Origin: Amphiscolops sp. MND2022
Lineage: Eukaryota
Direction: 5' to 3'
Assembly (NCBI GenBank): GCA_964187785.1
Contig: OZ076409.1
Location: 74,898,001-74,962,000, forward strand
DNA length: 64,000 nt
Of the stretch, positions 50,510-62,388 are shown in pieces. The notes under the pieces were generated by a model. The model was not told the origin of the DNA. It saw only the letters and a list, made by a program, of their open reading frames with translations, and did no database searches. The translations under genes were made by a program, and so were the position numbers. Each line of letters starts with the position of its first letter. Position 1 is the stretch's first letter.

Positions 50510-51620
50510 CATTGGTTTCGAGTTTAGGTTATGCTCTTTTGTTGGAGTGATTTCGTGGTGCAAGTTGGTCCTAAATTATTATGTGTAAATGATGACATCG
50601 CTGGTTGTCTGGCTCTACATAACACACTAACTGTAGGGCACTAACAGCTGCCGGCTCACGTGTCATCAAATACACAGTATAATTTCGGACCAGTTTCTAC
50701 ACCAAAAGAACCCTATCAATTGACGCTAGGCAGACACTCGTTTCGACTCCCAGCTTTGTGTAATTTTCAATGTGATGTTTCGTTGTGTGTTACACTTTGT
50801 TCGGCTGTTGGTTTCGAGTTACAGCTATGCTCTTTTGTTGGAATGATTTCGTGGTGCAAATTGGTCCTAAATTATTATGTGTAAATGATGGCATTGCTGG
50901 TTGTCTGGCTCGACAGAAAACACAAACTGTTGGGCGCTAACAGTGGCCGGCTCACATATCATCAAATACACAGTATAATTTCGGACCGGTTTCCACACCG
51001 AAAACATTCTGACAATTGATGCTAGGCTGTCACTCTTGTCGATTCCGAAACTTGTGTTGTTTTCATAAGATCCCTCTTTGTGTGTTACAATTTTGTTTGG
51101 CTGTTGGTTTCAAGTTACAGCTATGCTCTTTTGTTGGACTGATTTCGTGGTGCAAATTGGTCCTAAATTATTATGTGTAAATGATGGCATTGCTGGTTGT
51201 CTGGCTCTACATAACACACCACATGTAGGGCACTAACAGCTGCTGGCTCACGTGTCATCAAGTACACAGAATAATTTCGGATCAGTTTCCACACCGAAAA
51301 CAATCTATCAACTGATGCTAGGCTGTGACTCCTGTCAACTCCAAACTATGTGTCATTTTCGATGAGACATTTCGTCGTGTGTTTCTTTTTGTTTGGTTGT
51401 TGGTTTCGTGTTTTGGCTAGGCTCTCTTGTTGCAAATATTTCGTGGTGAAAGTTGGTCCTAAATTATTATGTGTAAATGATGACATTGCCGGTTGTCTGG
51501 CTCGACAGAAAACACAACCTGTTGGGCGCTAACAGTGACCGGCTCTCATGTCATCAAATACACAATACAACTTCAGACCAGATTCCACACCGAAATTATT
51601 TACATCAATTGTAACTAGGC
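50510..51620 (+). repeat. 296-bp tandem repeat, about 3.8 copies, alternating A/B variants
   Basis: GGTCCTAAATTATTATGTGTAAATGATG at 50567, 50863, 51159, 51455. Confidence 0.9.
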
Positions 51621-52620
51621 CATTACTGTTTTTCAATATTGCCAAACTACATAAGCAACCCTAAAATATAATAATTTATTGTATCTCAAAACTTAGTATA
51701 GTATTTGCATAGGTTCGATTTCATTTCTAAATTCAAAAACTTGCTTCTAAGATATTAATACAAAATAATAGGGTGTTTTTAAGGCTTAGGTAACCTTGGG
51801 ATTATCATGATAAAAACGAAGGATGTCTGGTTCAGTGTTATGTATGAAAAGCTTAAAAACTAGCTGTTCCGTTTCGCCAATATAGATGAACACTGAGCAC
51901 TTACAGCTTCCTCATACGAATGACCTAAAACATAAGGTTATATATTGCATCCGAGGTTCTCTTGCAAACCTGCGTTAAATTAGTGTAGTTCTAGTAACAA
52001 CAGCTGATAGCATCTCTCACAGTGTGGTTCCGGAAAACACGATGCGAGAAACCAATTGAGAAGAAAACAAATGTCACAGGAGAAACACCAGTTCAAATTA
52101 TGTCTTGATTGAGAAATTCTTTTAAACAAACAAATACACTTTTCTAGAAGAAAATGAAATTGATTTCACAACAAAACAATTATTTAACACTTAGGTGAAA
52201 ATGAAATAATAATTTTTGTTTTTTTTGCATGAAATTACATTAGTTTCTTCTTCGAATGAATTTCATACTAAATATGTTTTTGTTTCCTGCCAAACTGGTG
52301 TTCCTCATGACGCTATATGCACTTAAGAATACGATGCTTCAAGAAAATGGGAAATCGAAGAAAATGGGAAATCGAAGGTAAAAGTCTCGGATCAACAAGT
52401 ACCTGTGACGGTTGTTGCAAAGACTGCACTGTTTCCAGCGATGACAACGACGACTACTACTACGACGATGATTGCAACAGGTTAGAATTAAGATGTGTCA
52501 GCATGTTGCGATGTTTGGTTTCGTGTTGTTATGTATGGGCTGTTTTGTGACTTGTTGTGTGTAGGTGATTGCGTGAATTTGGGTTCCTTGTGTGTGTGTG
52601 AGTGCGAGGTTTGTGCTGGC

Positions 52621-52710
52621 GTGTGTGGTGTGTATGTGTGGTGCGTGTATGTGTGGTGCGTGTATGTGTGGTGCGTGTATGTGTGGTGCGGGTGCGTGTT
52701 TGTGTGGTGG
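52621..52710 (+). repeat. 15-bp GT-rich minisatellite (GTGTATGTGTGGTGC)n
   Basis: About 5 tandem copies, 3 exact. Confidence 0.85.
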
Positions 52711-53334
52711 GGAGTGTTGGTGTTTGTAGATTTTCAATCCAATTCCGTTATTCATTTCTGTTCTGTGCTCTTTATGTAACTTTCGGATTGTTAAACTCAC
52801 TTTTCCTAAGTTTCTCGCTCTAATATTTCTATTCCATTCTTTCCTGTTTTGATCTTGCTTGTGTTGTCTTGACAAATAATCATATACCTGTTTCCTCTAT
52901 ACTTCCATCAAATCCTTGTCAACACAAGTAATTTGATCAGTTAGCAATGAGTACTTTTTAAATGTAAATTCACAGTTTTAAAGTTGGGAAAAATATAATA
53001 CTTAGTCAATACTTGTGTTTTCAATCAATATAGGTTCCAGGTGGATTGCAGATAGTTATACTGGCAGCTCTTTTACATCCTAGACAAATTTATCCCCGAA
53101 TCAACTTATCGGATAAATATTTGTCCTACAGAGAACGTTTGATTAATGTCAGTGCGCTTGTTTTTCGTGTGAAGATTTAAACACTGAATAGCCAATAAAT
53201 CAGAGGAAAACCGTTTCCGCAATTTCAATAAACGTAAAACCTGACATCAACGCCCACTGTCTGTAGGCATGCCGTGGCATGCCTTTCGACGACGTATGCC
53301 AAATACATATAGCCCCGCTGTCTTTCCCCGCTAG

Positions 53335-54607
53335 GTGGCCGCGTCTTTTGTCGAACTTTAACCATGGAGGCGCGGGTAGGGTCCTGCGCCGACTTAGTGC
53401 CTTTACTATGATACAAAAATAGGTACCTGAGTAAACGATCTCGAAGATGAGCCGTCAGAAATTCCTGAAAATTTGCATGTGGCCCCCAATTGGCGAGCAT
53501 ATGAAAAGTGTAGGAGGTCATTTTTCCCAAATTCCACTGTGAGACGAGATAAACGCGAAAAATGAGGTAAAAAATGGACCCATTTTTGATAAATTTTGCA
53601 ATATCTCGTTCCAGAGGCATCGGAGGTACCGTATACCTGACGTGGAAAATGCTCGGCATGTGAAGGGGGTTACGTGGACAAATTTTCGTCCAAATCGGAT
53701 AAAAATTGACAGAGTAATAACAAATTTTTTTGTGCATTTTGGCGACTTTTTCAGAAAACCCAGTTTATCTCTGCCGTTTTTTGCCCAAAATTTTTTCGAG
53801 ACCCTCTCCTAAAGACCTCCCCTGGCCGGTTTACCTCCCAAAAAAACCATTTGGCCCTAAATACGAAGTTTCAGCGTTCCAGCATTCCCCAGTGAAAAGT
53901 TATGGGACTTAGAACTTTTTCAAAAATTTTCAAAATTTTTCTAAAAAAGTTCAGGCCGCCCAAAGTGAAGAAACTTCCACACAACTAGTATTGCAAGTGA
54001 ATGCATGTGGAAAGCCCTGCAATTGACGAGAAAAATGCCGTTTAGAACGTCTTTTTATCTTAACTTGATGTTGACTTATGATCTTTTGAGTAGCGTATAA
54101 CACGTGATCACAGTAGTGAAAATCCTAATTTTCAATAATTTTCAAACATTAACGCATGAAAAGAACCTGGAAAAGGTTCCGATGGGTCAGTTGGGATGTC
54201 GGAAGCATGTGTACATTCCCGTAGTGTATAGCGGATGTATTTGGGACTTGTTAGAAATTGTGATATATTTTATACAAGTCTTTGTTTCTCTTAGAATCTT
54301 ATGCAGTTGAGTACATTCCATCTCCCTCTCAGGGGAGATGTGAATGTACGTTTGCCAAATGCCTTGTAAAGTTCACATGTTTGAAGGACTTAACTAAAAA
54401 AACAAGTGTGAGTTGCGTTTGCCGAATCGCTACAGCAAAAAATACTAAAACTTTAGTCAGATTGAATGGTTTTTGTCTTTAGTGTTTCTTCTTGTATAGC
54501 CGACTTCCACATCCAAATATCAACGCCCACCGTCCGTAGGCATGCCGAGGCATGCCTTTCGACGACGTATGCCAAATACCCAATGCCACACAGTCTTTCC
54601 CCGCTAG
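53335..54607 (+). mobile_element. Array unit 27, A-related mosaic (1273 bp)
   Basis: Divergent first ~420 bp, family-A sequence from about 53760. Confidence 0.75.
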
Positions 54608-55996
54608 GTGGTTGGGGCGGTCCCCAGAACGCACAAGGAGGCGCGGGGAGGGTCCTGCGCCGACGTAGAATAATTTCATATAATACTAGTATCCTACATG
54701 GGTGTTTTAGAGGCGATTTTGGAATCTAACCGTAGGATTTGGATAATTTTTTGCATGCGGCCATAACTCGAAATTCTAAGAACTTTTTCCTACTGTCATT
54801 TTCCCCGCAAATTGTTTTTTGTTGACTTATGGCCGAAAAACCGGAAATAACGTCCTTTTTAGACGTTATATCCGAAGTGTCGTCATAACTTTTTTCCAGG
54901 GCATGCTAGCGTTCTCGTTCACTTTTACACTTAGTTGCAGCATCTCAAAATACAACTGGTGGAAAATTTTGGTTGCATTCGGATCACCCCCCACCGAGAT
55001 AGAAGGGTTCCCCCCTCAAGTTTTACCCCCCAAATTTGCGAAAAAGCCAATTTTGAGCATGAAGCCGAGGATTTAGCCTACCCGCACCCTTCTGATGTTT
55101 TGTTGTACGTATTGGGGTCAATCGGACGACATGTGTGGTTTTCACCCCCAACCCCCCCTGGGACCGGAAATGACATTTTTTTGTGTTTTTTTGGCAGAAA
55201 TTAGCCTTTTTCATTATTTGGCAGTCGTTTTAGGGACTCCTAGCAGGATATCGAAATTGAAATACAACCTGATCACAACCCAGTGACAACATGTTGGCCA
55301 TTTGGAGGTACCATCATGACCGGAAGTGGGGTCAACCCCCCTTTTTGTGACCGCTTTTTGACCTTGTGAACCAAAATGCCAACAACTTGAGGTTTAATGA
55401 CGCATTCAAATCTGTACAAAGATAGAATGTTAGACAACCAAAGTCCCGGAAGATCTTTAGCATATACCGGAAGTTGACCCCCATGACCGGAAGTTACCCA
55501 ATGTGACCGGAAATGGTCCAAAAAGTAATGTAAAGTTGAATTTTTCACTTTTTAAAGACCACTTCATTGAACATTTTCATTCCCAAAACTAGCGTACTGG
55601 CTTGTTTTGCTGGATTTATGGAAATTGATGAGCTCTATCACCCCCGATAGCCTTCGAAGTTGACCTTGCGTCAACTTTGGAGGCTATCGATACTGAAAAT
55701 GAACAACAAAGTACATTGTTGCTCTCGGTTTTTTCCCGTTGTTTTTCCTCAAACATTCTTGAGACATATACATGGCCGTTAGTTGAAATCAATATTTAGC
55801 CCATGTTATAGCTGGAGCAGCGAAAGGTTACACAGACTAGTGTGGATTTGAAATTACATTATTTAAATTAACAACTGACCGTCTTAGTCAACTCCACACA
55901 TTCATACCAACGCCCACCGTCTGTGGGCATGCCGAGGCATGCCCTTCGACGACGTAGGACAAATCCACTCCAACGACACCCGCAGTCCTCAGCTAG
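54608..55996 (+). mobile_element. Array unit 28, family I (1389 bp)
   Basis: Homologous to units 23 and 25; hairpin-3 at 55645-55689. Confidence 0.8.
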
Positions 55997-57275
55997 GTGC
56001 GCCGGGGTTATGTCCCCATCCTAAAAGTGGCGGCTAGGGTAGGGCCCCGTGGCCGCCTTCACCCCACCGAAGGTTAAACTATCTAGGCCAAACTGTAGCT
56101 CTCTGGTATCGATCTCGAAGATGAACCGTAGGAATTGGCTAATTTTTTGCATGCAGCCCTAAAATCGCAATACAAGACGAAAGTCCTAGTGGCATTTTGC
56201 CGAAAAAATATTTGGTCATGCCGAAAAACCCTATTTTTTTGAGAAAAAACGACTTTTTTTCAATTTTTTCTAATTTAAGCGATTATAACTATGTTTAGAG
56301 TGCTCGGAGCGATTCGGACGTGGAGCACAATATTGTTAAGCGGTTCGCGAAGAGTACGTAGGGCAATTTTGATGCGGATGGAACGAATAGTCGAGGAGAA
56401 ATAGACAGATTTCTACGAATTTTTTTCAAAAAAAAATTTTTTTTTCTACATTTTTGCCCAAAAATCTAAAAAATACACTCATATGGGCTCATGGGGGATA
56501 ACCTCTGTCCATATTAGTAGCGTACAGGACCTTTTGGACAATTTGCTACAGTTTCAGCGTTCCAGCATTCCCCTGTGAAAAACTATGTGACTTCCAATAT
56601 TAACAAAAAAAAATTCTCTCCTAATCAGAAGCTTTTTTCAACTTCAGGCCGCCCAAATTCAGGAAACTTCCACACAACTAGGATTGCAAGTGGATGCACG
56701 TTGGAAAGTACTCGGATAGACGAGAAAATTGAGCTATAGAACGACTCTGTAGCTTAAGTTGACGTTGACTTATGATAATTTTAGTGTGAGCTTGTTGTGT
56801 GAGACAGAATGTCAAAAAATGAAAATGGAACTTAAGTCTCATCGAAAACTCCTCGGAAAACGTTGGATCAACCACAGAGCTGTTCAGTTACCGGCATTGA
56901 GTGCAGGAACACTATTTAAAAGTTTTTTGACCCACTATTAGAGATTTTGATACTGTATTAATCATCGCATAGCACAAATCAGTTGAGTACATTCTCATCT
57001 CCCTACGGGGGAGATGAGAATGTACTCTCGAAAGGCCAAGAACAATTACTCTTTTGGGGCCTAAAGGAACGTTTTAACGATTGTATAACATGCTGCAAAA
57101 GAAATTCGACATTGGAAATGATTTTTAGACAGGTTACACTAGCGACTATGTTGAATTACTTAACGTTGAGAAATTGTTTAACGGCATTATTGTTACCAAA
57201 ATTAATATGTCTTCAGTCGACGGTTGTGCATCTATCCACTTTATCTAGTGATTAGTTCTGAGCTGTCATCGCTAG
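55997..57275 (+). mobile_element. Array unit 29, family N (1279 bp), coreless
   Basis: Hairpin-2 at 56985-57027; no GGCATGCC core; CTAG|GTGC end. Confidence 0.75.
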
Positions 57276-58548
57276 GTGCCGGGATTTCCATTCGATAAGG
57301 AATTCTGCGCGTGTGGGTAGGGCCCCTGGCGCGCTCCTGTGTTTTCGGTTTTCCTACTCCTAAATAGACCCCCTGAATTCCGGGATCTCCTAAACTATCC
57401 ATACGATTTGGCTGAAATTTGGCACACGTACCCCCCTCGGCACGGTGAAGATGATTTCCTACTGACGTTTTTCCCGCTAAACATTTTTTGTTGACCAAAA
57501 TAACGGTTTTTGGGGTAAAATTTTGAACTTTTTTTAAATTTCATCTTATATCTCGCCACGGGTACACGCTAGCGCTTCCAAACCTTGCTGACGAAAGTTT
57601 GCAAACTGTCTCAGGAATGCTGTGTGAAATTTTCAGCTCAATCGGACTTAAACTCGAGGAGATATAGCGTTTTCCCGGAGCGGGGGGGTTTCAATTTTCT
57701 AACGGTCCAGCTTATCTTTGCCATTTTTTCGAAAATGCACTCGCCTAAAGGCCTCCCCTGGCCGGTTTTATTCCCAACAAAACCATTTGGCCCTAAATAC
57801 GGAGTTTCAGCGTTCCAGCATTCCCGGGCGAAAAGTTGTGGGACTTAGAAAAGTTCAAAAATTTTCAAAAAAAATTTTTTCCGTTATTTGGGCCCTCAAA
57901 GTGGGGGAAAAGACCCCCCAACCAGTAAAGCAAGTGAATGCATGTGGAAAGCCCTTGTTTAGACGAGAAAAATGCCGTCTAGAACGTCTTTTTATCTTAA
58001 CTTGACATTGACTTTTGTCGTTTTGAAGGTGACCGTTAGATACGGAAAATTGATGTTTTGAGTATTTATCCCATCTGAAAGCCATTGAGATACAACATGT
58101 TTTGCTCAAAACGTGTTTCATTGCAGTTTCGCTGTCCATTATCACCCTTTGGTGTCTTTTCACGTAATTTTCGTTTCTATAATAACAATTTTTTTGTGTA
58201 TTTATTCATTTTATTCTCATCAAATAACTTGAAACAGTTGAGTACATTCCATCTCCCTTCCCGGGGGAGATGAGAATGTACTCGCTAAAGGTCAGGAACT
58301 ACGGTCTATATCTTCCACAACACAAATGGGATTGCAAATGGTTTCAGTTTGTCGCAGAAAACTTCTTTTTGCCCTCTGTGACTCGACAAAATGAACGTTT
58401 CTTACTTACTTTGAAACTCAGCATACCACAACTCATCTCTAACGTCAGCGCCCCCCTACTTGCATCAACGCCCACCGTCCGTGGGCATGCCGAGGCATGC
58501 CCTTCGACGACGTATACCAAGATATACCTGGAGCGCGGTAGCCGCTAG
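57276..58548 (+). mobile_element. Array unit 30, family J variant (1273 bp)
   Basis: J-type start; hairpin-2, core, CTAG. Confidence 0.8.
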
Positions 58549-59835
58549 GTGCCGGGATTTCTATTCGATAAGGTATGTGGCGCGTGTGGGTAGGGTCCCT
58601 GGCGCGCTCTTGGGTATGGTGTTCACCAGCTAGGAAACAGGGGTCGATTTTTCGGGATCTCCTAAACTAGCCACACGATTTGGCTGAAATTTGGCACACG
58701 TACTCCCCTCGGCATGGTGAAGATGATTCCCTACTAGCGTTTTGCTCGCAAAATTTTTTTTGTTGTCCAAAATAACGGTTTTTGGGGTAAAATTTTTAAT
58801 TTTTTTTAAATTTTATCTTATATCTCGCCACCGGTTTACGCTAGCGCTTCAAAACCCTGCTAAAGAAAGCTTGCAAACTGTCTCAGGAATGCTGTGTGAA
58901 ATTTTCAGCTCAATCGGACTTAAACTCGGGGAGATATAGCGTTTTTCCGGAGCGGGGGGGTTTCATTTTTCTAACGGTCCAGCTTATCTTTGCCATTTTT
59001 TCGAAAATGCACTTGCCTAAAGGCCTCCCCTGGCCGGTTTTATTCCCAGCAAAACCATTTGGCCCTAAATACGGAGTTTCAGCGTTCCAGCATTCCCGGG
59101 CGAAAAGTTGTGGGACTTAGAAAAGTTCAAAAATTTTCAAAAAATTTTTTTTTCCGTTTTCCGCCCTCCCCCCCTAGGGGAAAAGACCCCCCAATCAGTA
59201 ATTTGAGTGAATTCATGTGGAAAGGCCATGTTTAGAGGAGAAAAATGCCGTTTAGAACGTCTTTTTATCTTGGCTCAACGTTGACTTATGACGTTTTGAA
59301 GGTGATGTTTGGAGGTGTAAAGCACGTGAATAGTAAACGTTATGAGTATTTATCTGATCTGAAAGCCATTGAGATGAATATGGTTTGCTCAAAACGTAAT
59401 TCATGGCAGTTTGGCACTCAATCAACACCCTTTGTTGTCGTTTGACATACTTTTTTGTTGATATAATAAAAAATTTTGTGTATTTATTCATTTTTTTCTC
59501 ATCAAATAACTTGAAACAGTTGAGTACATTCCATCCCCCCCTTCCGGGGGAGATGAGAATGTACTCGCAAAAAGCACCGAACTACGGCCCTTACCTTCCC
59601 GAGCTACGCAGTATAAGGATTACATATTGGTTCCGACATTTTCATAGAGTTAAATCTTGGTAATCTGTCTGGATATGCAGAAAAACCAGCACGTGCTTTT
59701 TTATACCAAGTTGCTTACAACGACAATTATTTTATATCAACGCCCCCATATTTATCAACGCCCCCCGTCCGTGGGCATGCCGAGGCATGCCCTTCGACGA
59801 CGTATACCAAGATATGTTCGAGCGCGTTAGCCTAG
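58549..59835 (+). mobile_element. Array unit 31, family J (1287 bp)
   Basis: Homologous to units 14 and 32. Confidence 0.8.
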
Positions 59836-61124
59836 GTGCCGGGATTTCTATTCGATAAAGTATGTGGCGCGTGTGGGTAGGGTCCCTGGCGCGCTCTTGG
59901 GTATGGTGTTCACCAGCTAGGAAATAGGGGTCGATTTTTCGGGATCTCCTAAACTAGCCACACGATTTGGCTGAAATTTGGCACACGTACCCCCCTCGGC
60001 ACGGTGAAGATGATTTCCTACTGACGTTTTTCCCGCAAAATTTTTTTTGTTGTCCAAAATAACGGTTTTTGGGGTAAAATTTTGAATTTTTTTTAAATTT
60101 CATCTTATATCTCGCCACGGGTTTACGCTAGCGCTTCAAAACCCTGCTAAAGAAAGCTTGCAAACTGTCTCAGGAATGCGGTGTGAAATTTTCAGCTCCA
60201 TCGGACTCAAACTCAGGGAGATATAGCGTTTTTCCGGAGCGGGGGGGTTTCATTTTTCTAACGGTCCAGCTTATCTTAGCCATTTTTTCGAAAATGTAAT
60301 CGCCTAAAGGCCTCCCCTGGCCGGTTTTATTCCCAGCAAAACCATTTGGCCCTAAATACGGAGTTTCAGCGTTCTAGCATTCCCGGGCGAAAAGTTGTGG
60401 GACTTAGAAAATTTCAAAAATTTTCAAAAAATTTTTTTTCCGTTTTCCGCCCTCCCCCCCTAGGGGAAAAGACCCCCCAACCAGTAATTTGAGTGAATTC
60501 ATGTGGAAAGGCCATGTTTAGAGGAGAAAAATTTCGGTTAAATCGTCTTTTTATCTTTATTCAACGTTGAATTATGACGTTTTGAAGGTGATGTTTGGAG
60601 GTGTGAAGCACGTGAAAAGTAAACGTTATGAGTATTTATCTGATCTGAAAGCCATTGAGATGCAACCTGTTTTGCTCAAAACGTAATTCATATCAGTTTG
60701 GTAGTCAATCAACACCCTTTGTTGTCATTTGACATCTTTTTTTGTTGATATAAGAAAAAATTTCGTGTATTTATTCATTTTTTTCTCATCAAATAACTTG
60801 AAACAGTTGAGTACATTCCATCCCCCCTTCACGGGGGAGATGAGAATGTACTCGCAAAAAGCTCCGAACTACGGCCCTTACCTTCCTGAGCTACGCAGTA
60901 TAAAGATTGCATATTGGTTCCGACATTTTGATAGAGTTATATCTTGGTAATCTGTCTGGGTATGCAGAAAAACCAGCACGTGCTTTTTTATACCAAGTTG
61001 CTCACAACGACATTTATTTTATATCAACGCCCCCATATTTATCAACGCCCCCCGTCCGTGGGCATGCCGAGGCATGCCCTTCGACGACGTATACCAAGAT
61101 ATACATAAGCGCGGTAGCAGCTAG
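59836..61124 (+). mobile_element. Array unit 32, family J (1289 bp)
   Basis: Homologous to unit 31. Confidence 0.8.
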
Positions 61125-62388
61125 GTGGTCGGGGCATCTCCCAACCTCTTCCGGCCGCCCGGGGAGGGTCCTGATGGCGGCCCCCTTCTACGGAATACTT
61201 ACTGTCTTGAAATTTCTGGGAGAAATGCGATTTTCCAAACTACCCGATAGATTTTGCTCAAAATTTGCATACGGCTTCCCAATGAAGGTACAAGAACAAA
61301 TCCCTACTGGCATTTTGCCGGGAAACGTCAAAAATTTGGTCAAAATCACTATTTTCTGACTAAAAAATGGTCATTTTTCAACTTTTTCAACTTTTAGCGG
61401 CTATTACTCCACATAGGGTGCCCGGAGCGATACGGTACCGGACGGCAATATTGTTCAACACTTCGAGTAGAACCTATAGACGTATTTTCGTGCTATTCGG
61501 ATGAAAATTGATTGAGTAATAACCGAAATTTTGACGATTTTTTTCGAAAATTTTTCACACCCTAGTCTATCTCTGCCGTTTTTTGCCCAGATTTTTTTCC
61601 AGGACCTCTCCTAAAGGCCTCCCCTGGCCGGTTTACGTCCCAGAAAAACCATTTGGCCCTTTTGCCGCAGTTTCAGCGTTCCAGGATTTCTTGAGTAAAA
61701 GATAAATGACTTAGAATTTTTTCGAAAAATTTTTAAAAATTTTTTTTTCAACTTCAGGCCCCCCAAAGTCAAAGAACTTCCACACAACTAGTATTGCAAG
61801 TGAATGCATGTGGAAAGAGCTCGAATAGACGAGAAAAATGAGCTATTATAAAACTCTGTAGCTTAACCTGACGTTGACTTATGACAATTTTAGTGTGAGC
61901 TTGCTATGTCGTAAAAATGAAAAAAAAACTCAAAATCGAAGCTAAGTCTCATCCAAAACTCATCGGAATACGTTCAATCAACCCCAGAGCTGTTCAATCA
62001 GCGCTGTTTAGTGCAGCAACGCTATTTAGGGCCTTAGGACCCATTTTGGTAAGTTTTGAAACCGTCTTATCCTTCTAATAGCACAAAACAGTTTCGTACA
62101 TTCCATCTCCCTCTCGGGGGAGATGAGAATGTACTCACAAAAAACCAAGTATGACACCCCCAATCTACCAGCAATGGCGTTATGAAGGCAGCAGCGTGAG
62201 CTTTACAGTAGTCTCTACGTGTGTTGACTCTGAGCTAGTAATGTATTTATATCACCAAACGTGAATGAAATGTTTTACTCCAAAATTATTTTACATTTAA
62301 TATGTCATCAATGCACGCATTTCAATCTATCTACAACTACTACTACTACCTACCCCCGTGCTAGTCACGCACAAGCCTGCAGCGCTAG
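61125..62388 (+). mobile_element. Array unit 33, family O (1264 bp), coreless
   Basis: Hairpin-2 at 62097-62134; 3' part related to unit 16; CTAG|GTGG end. Confidence 0.75.

Larger units (their letters stand above)
38334..53334 (+). mobile_element. Putative autonomous Helitron-like element forming array unit 26 (15.0 kb): family-D 5' 960 bp plus a 14-kb Rep-helicase body plus the shared 3' terminus
   Basis: Starts at a CTAG|GTGG junction and matches unit 5980-6941 up to 39293. Contains the Rep-helicase ORF. Ends with the conserved hairpin core (about 53247-53297) and CTAG at 53331-53334. The 5' end could instead be 39294. Confidence 0.75.

Noticed and set aside
759..62388. CRISPR array (conserved palindromic repeat with variable intervening sequence)
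   Set aside because: Intervening sequences are 1.2-15 kb, recur as families with their own conserved motifs, and no cas gene is present.
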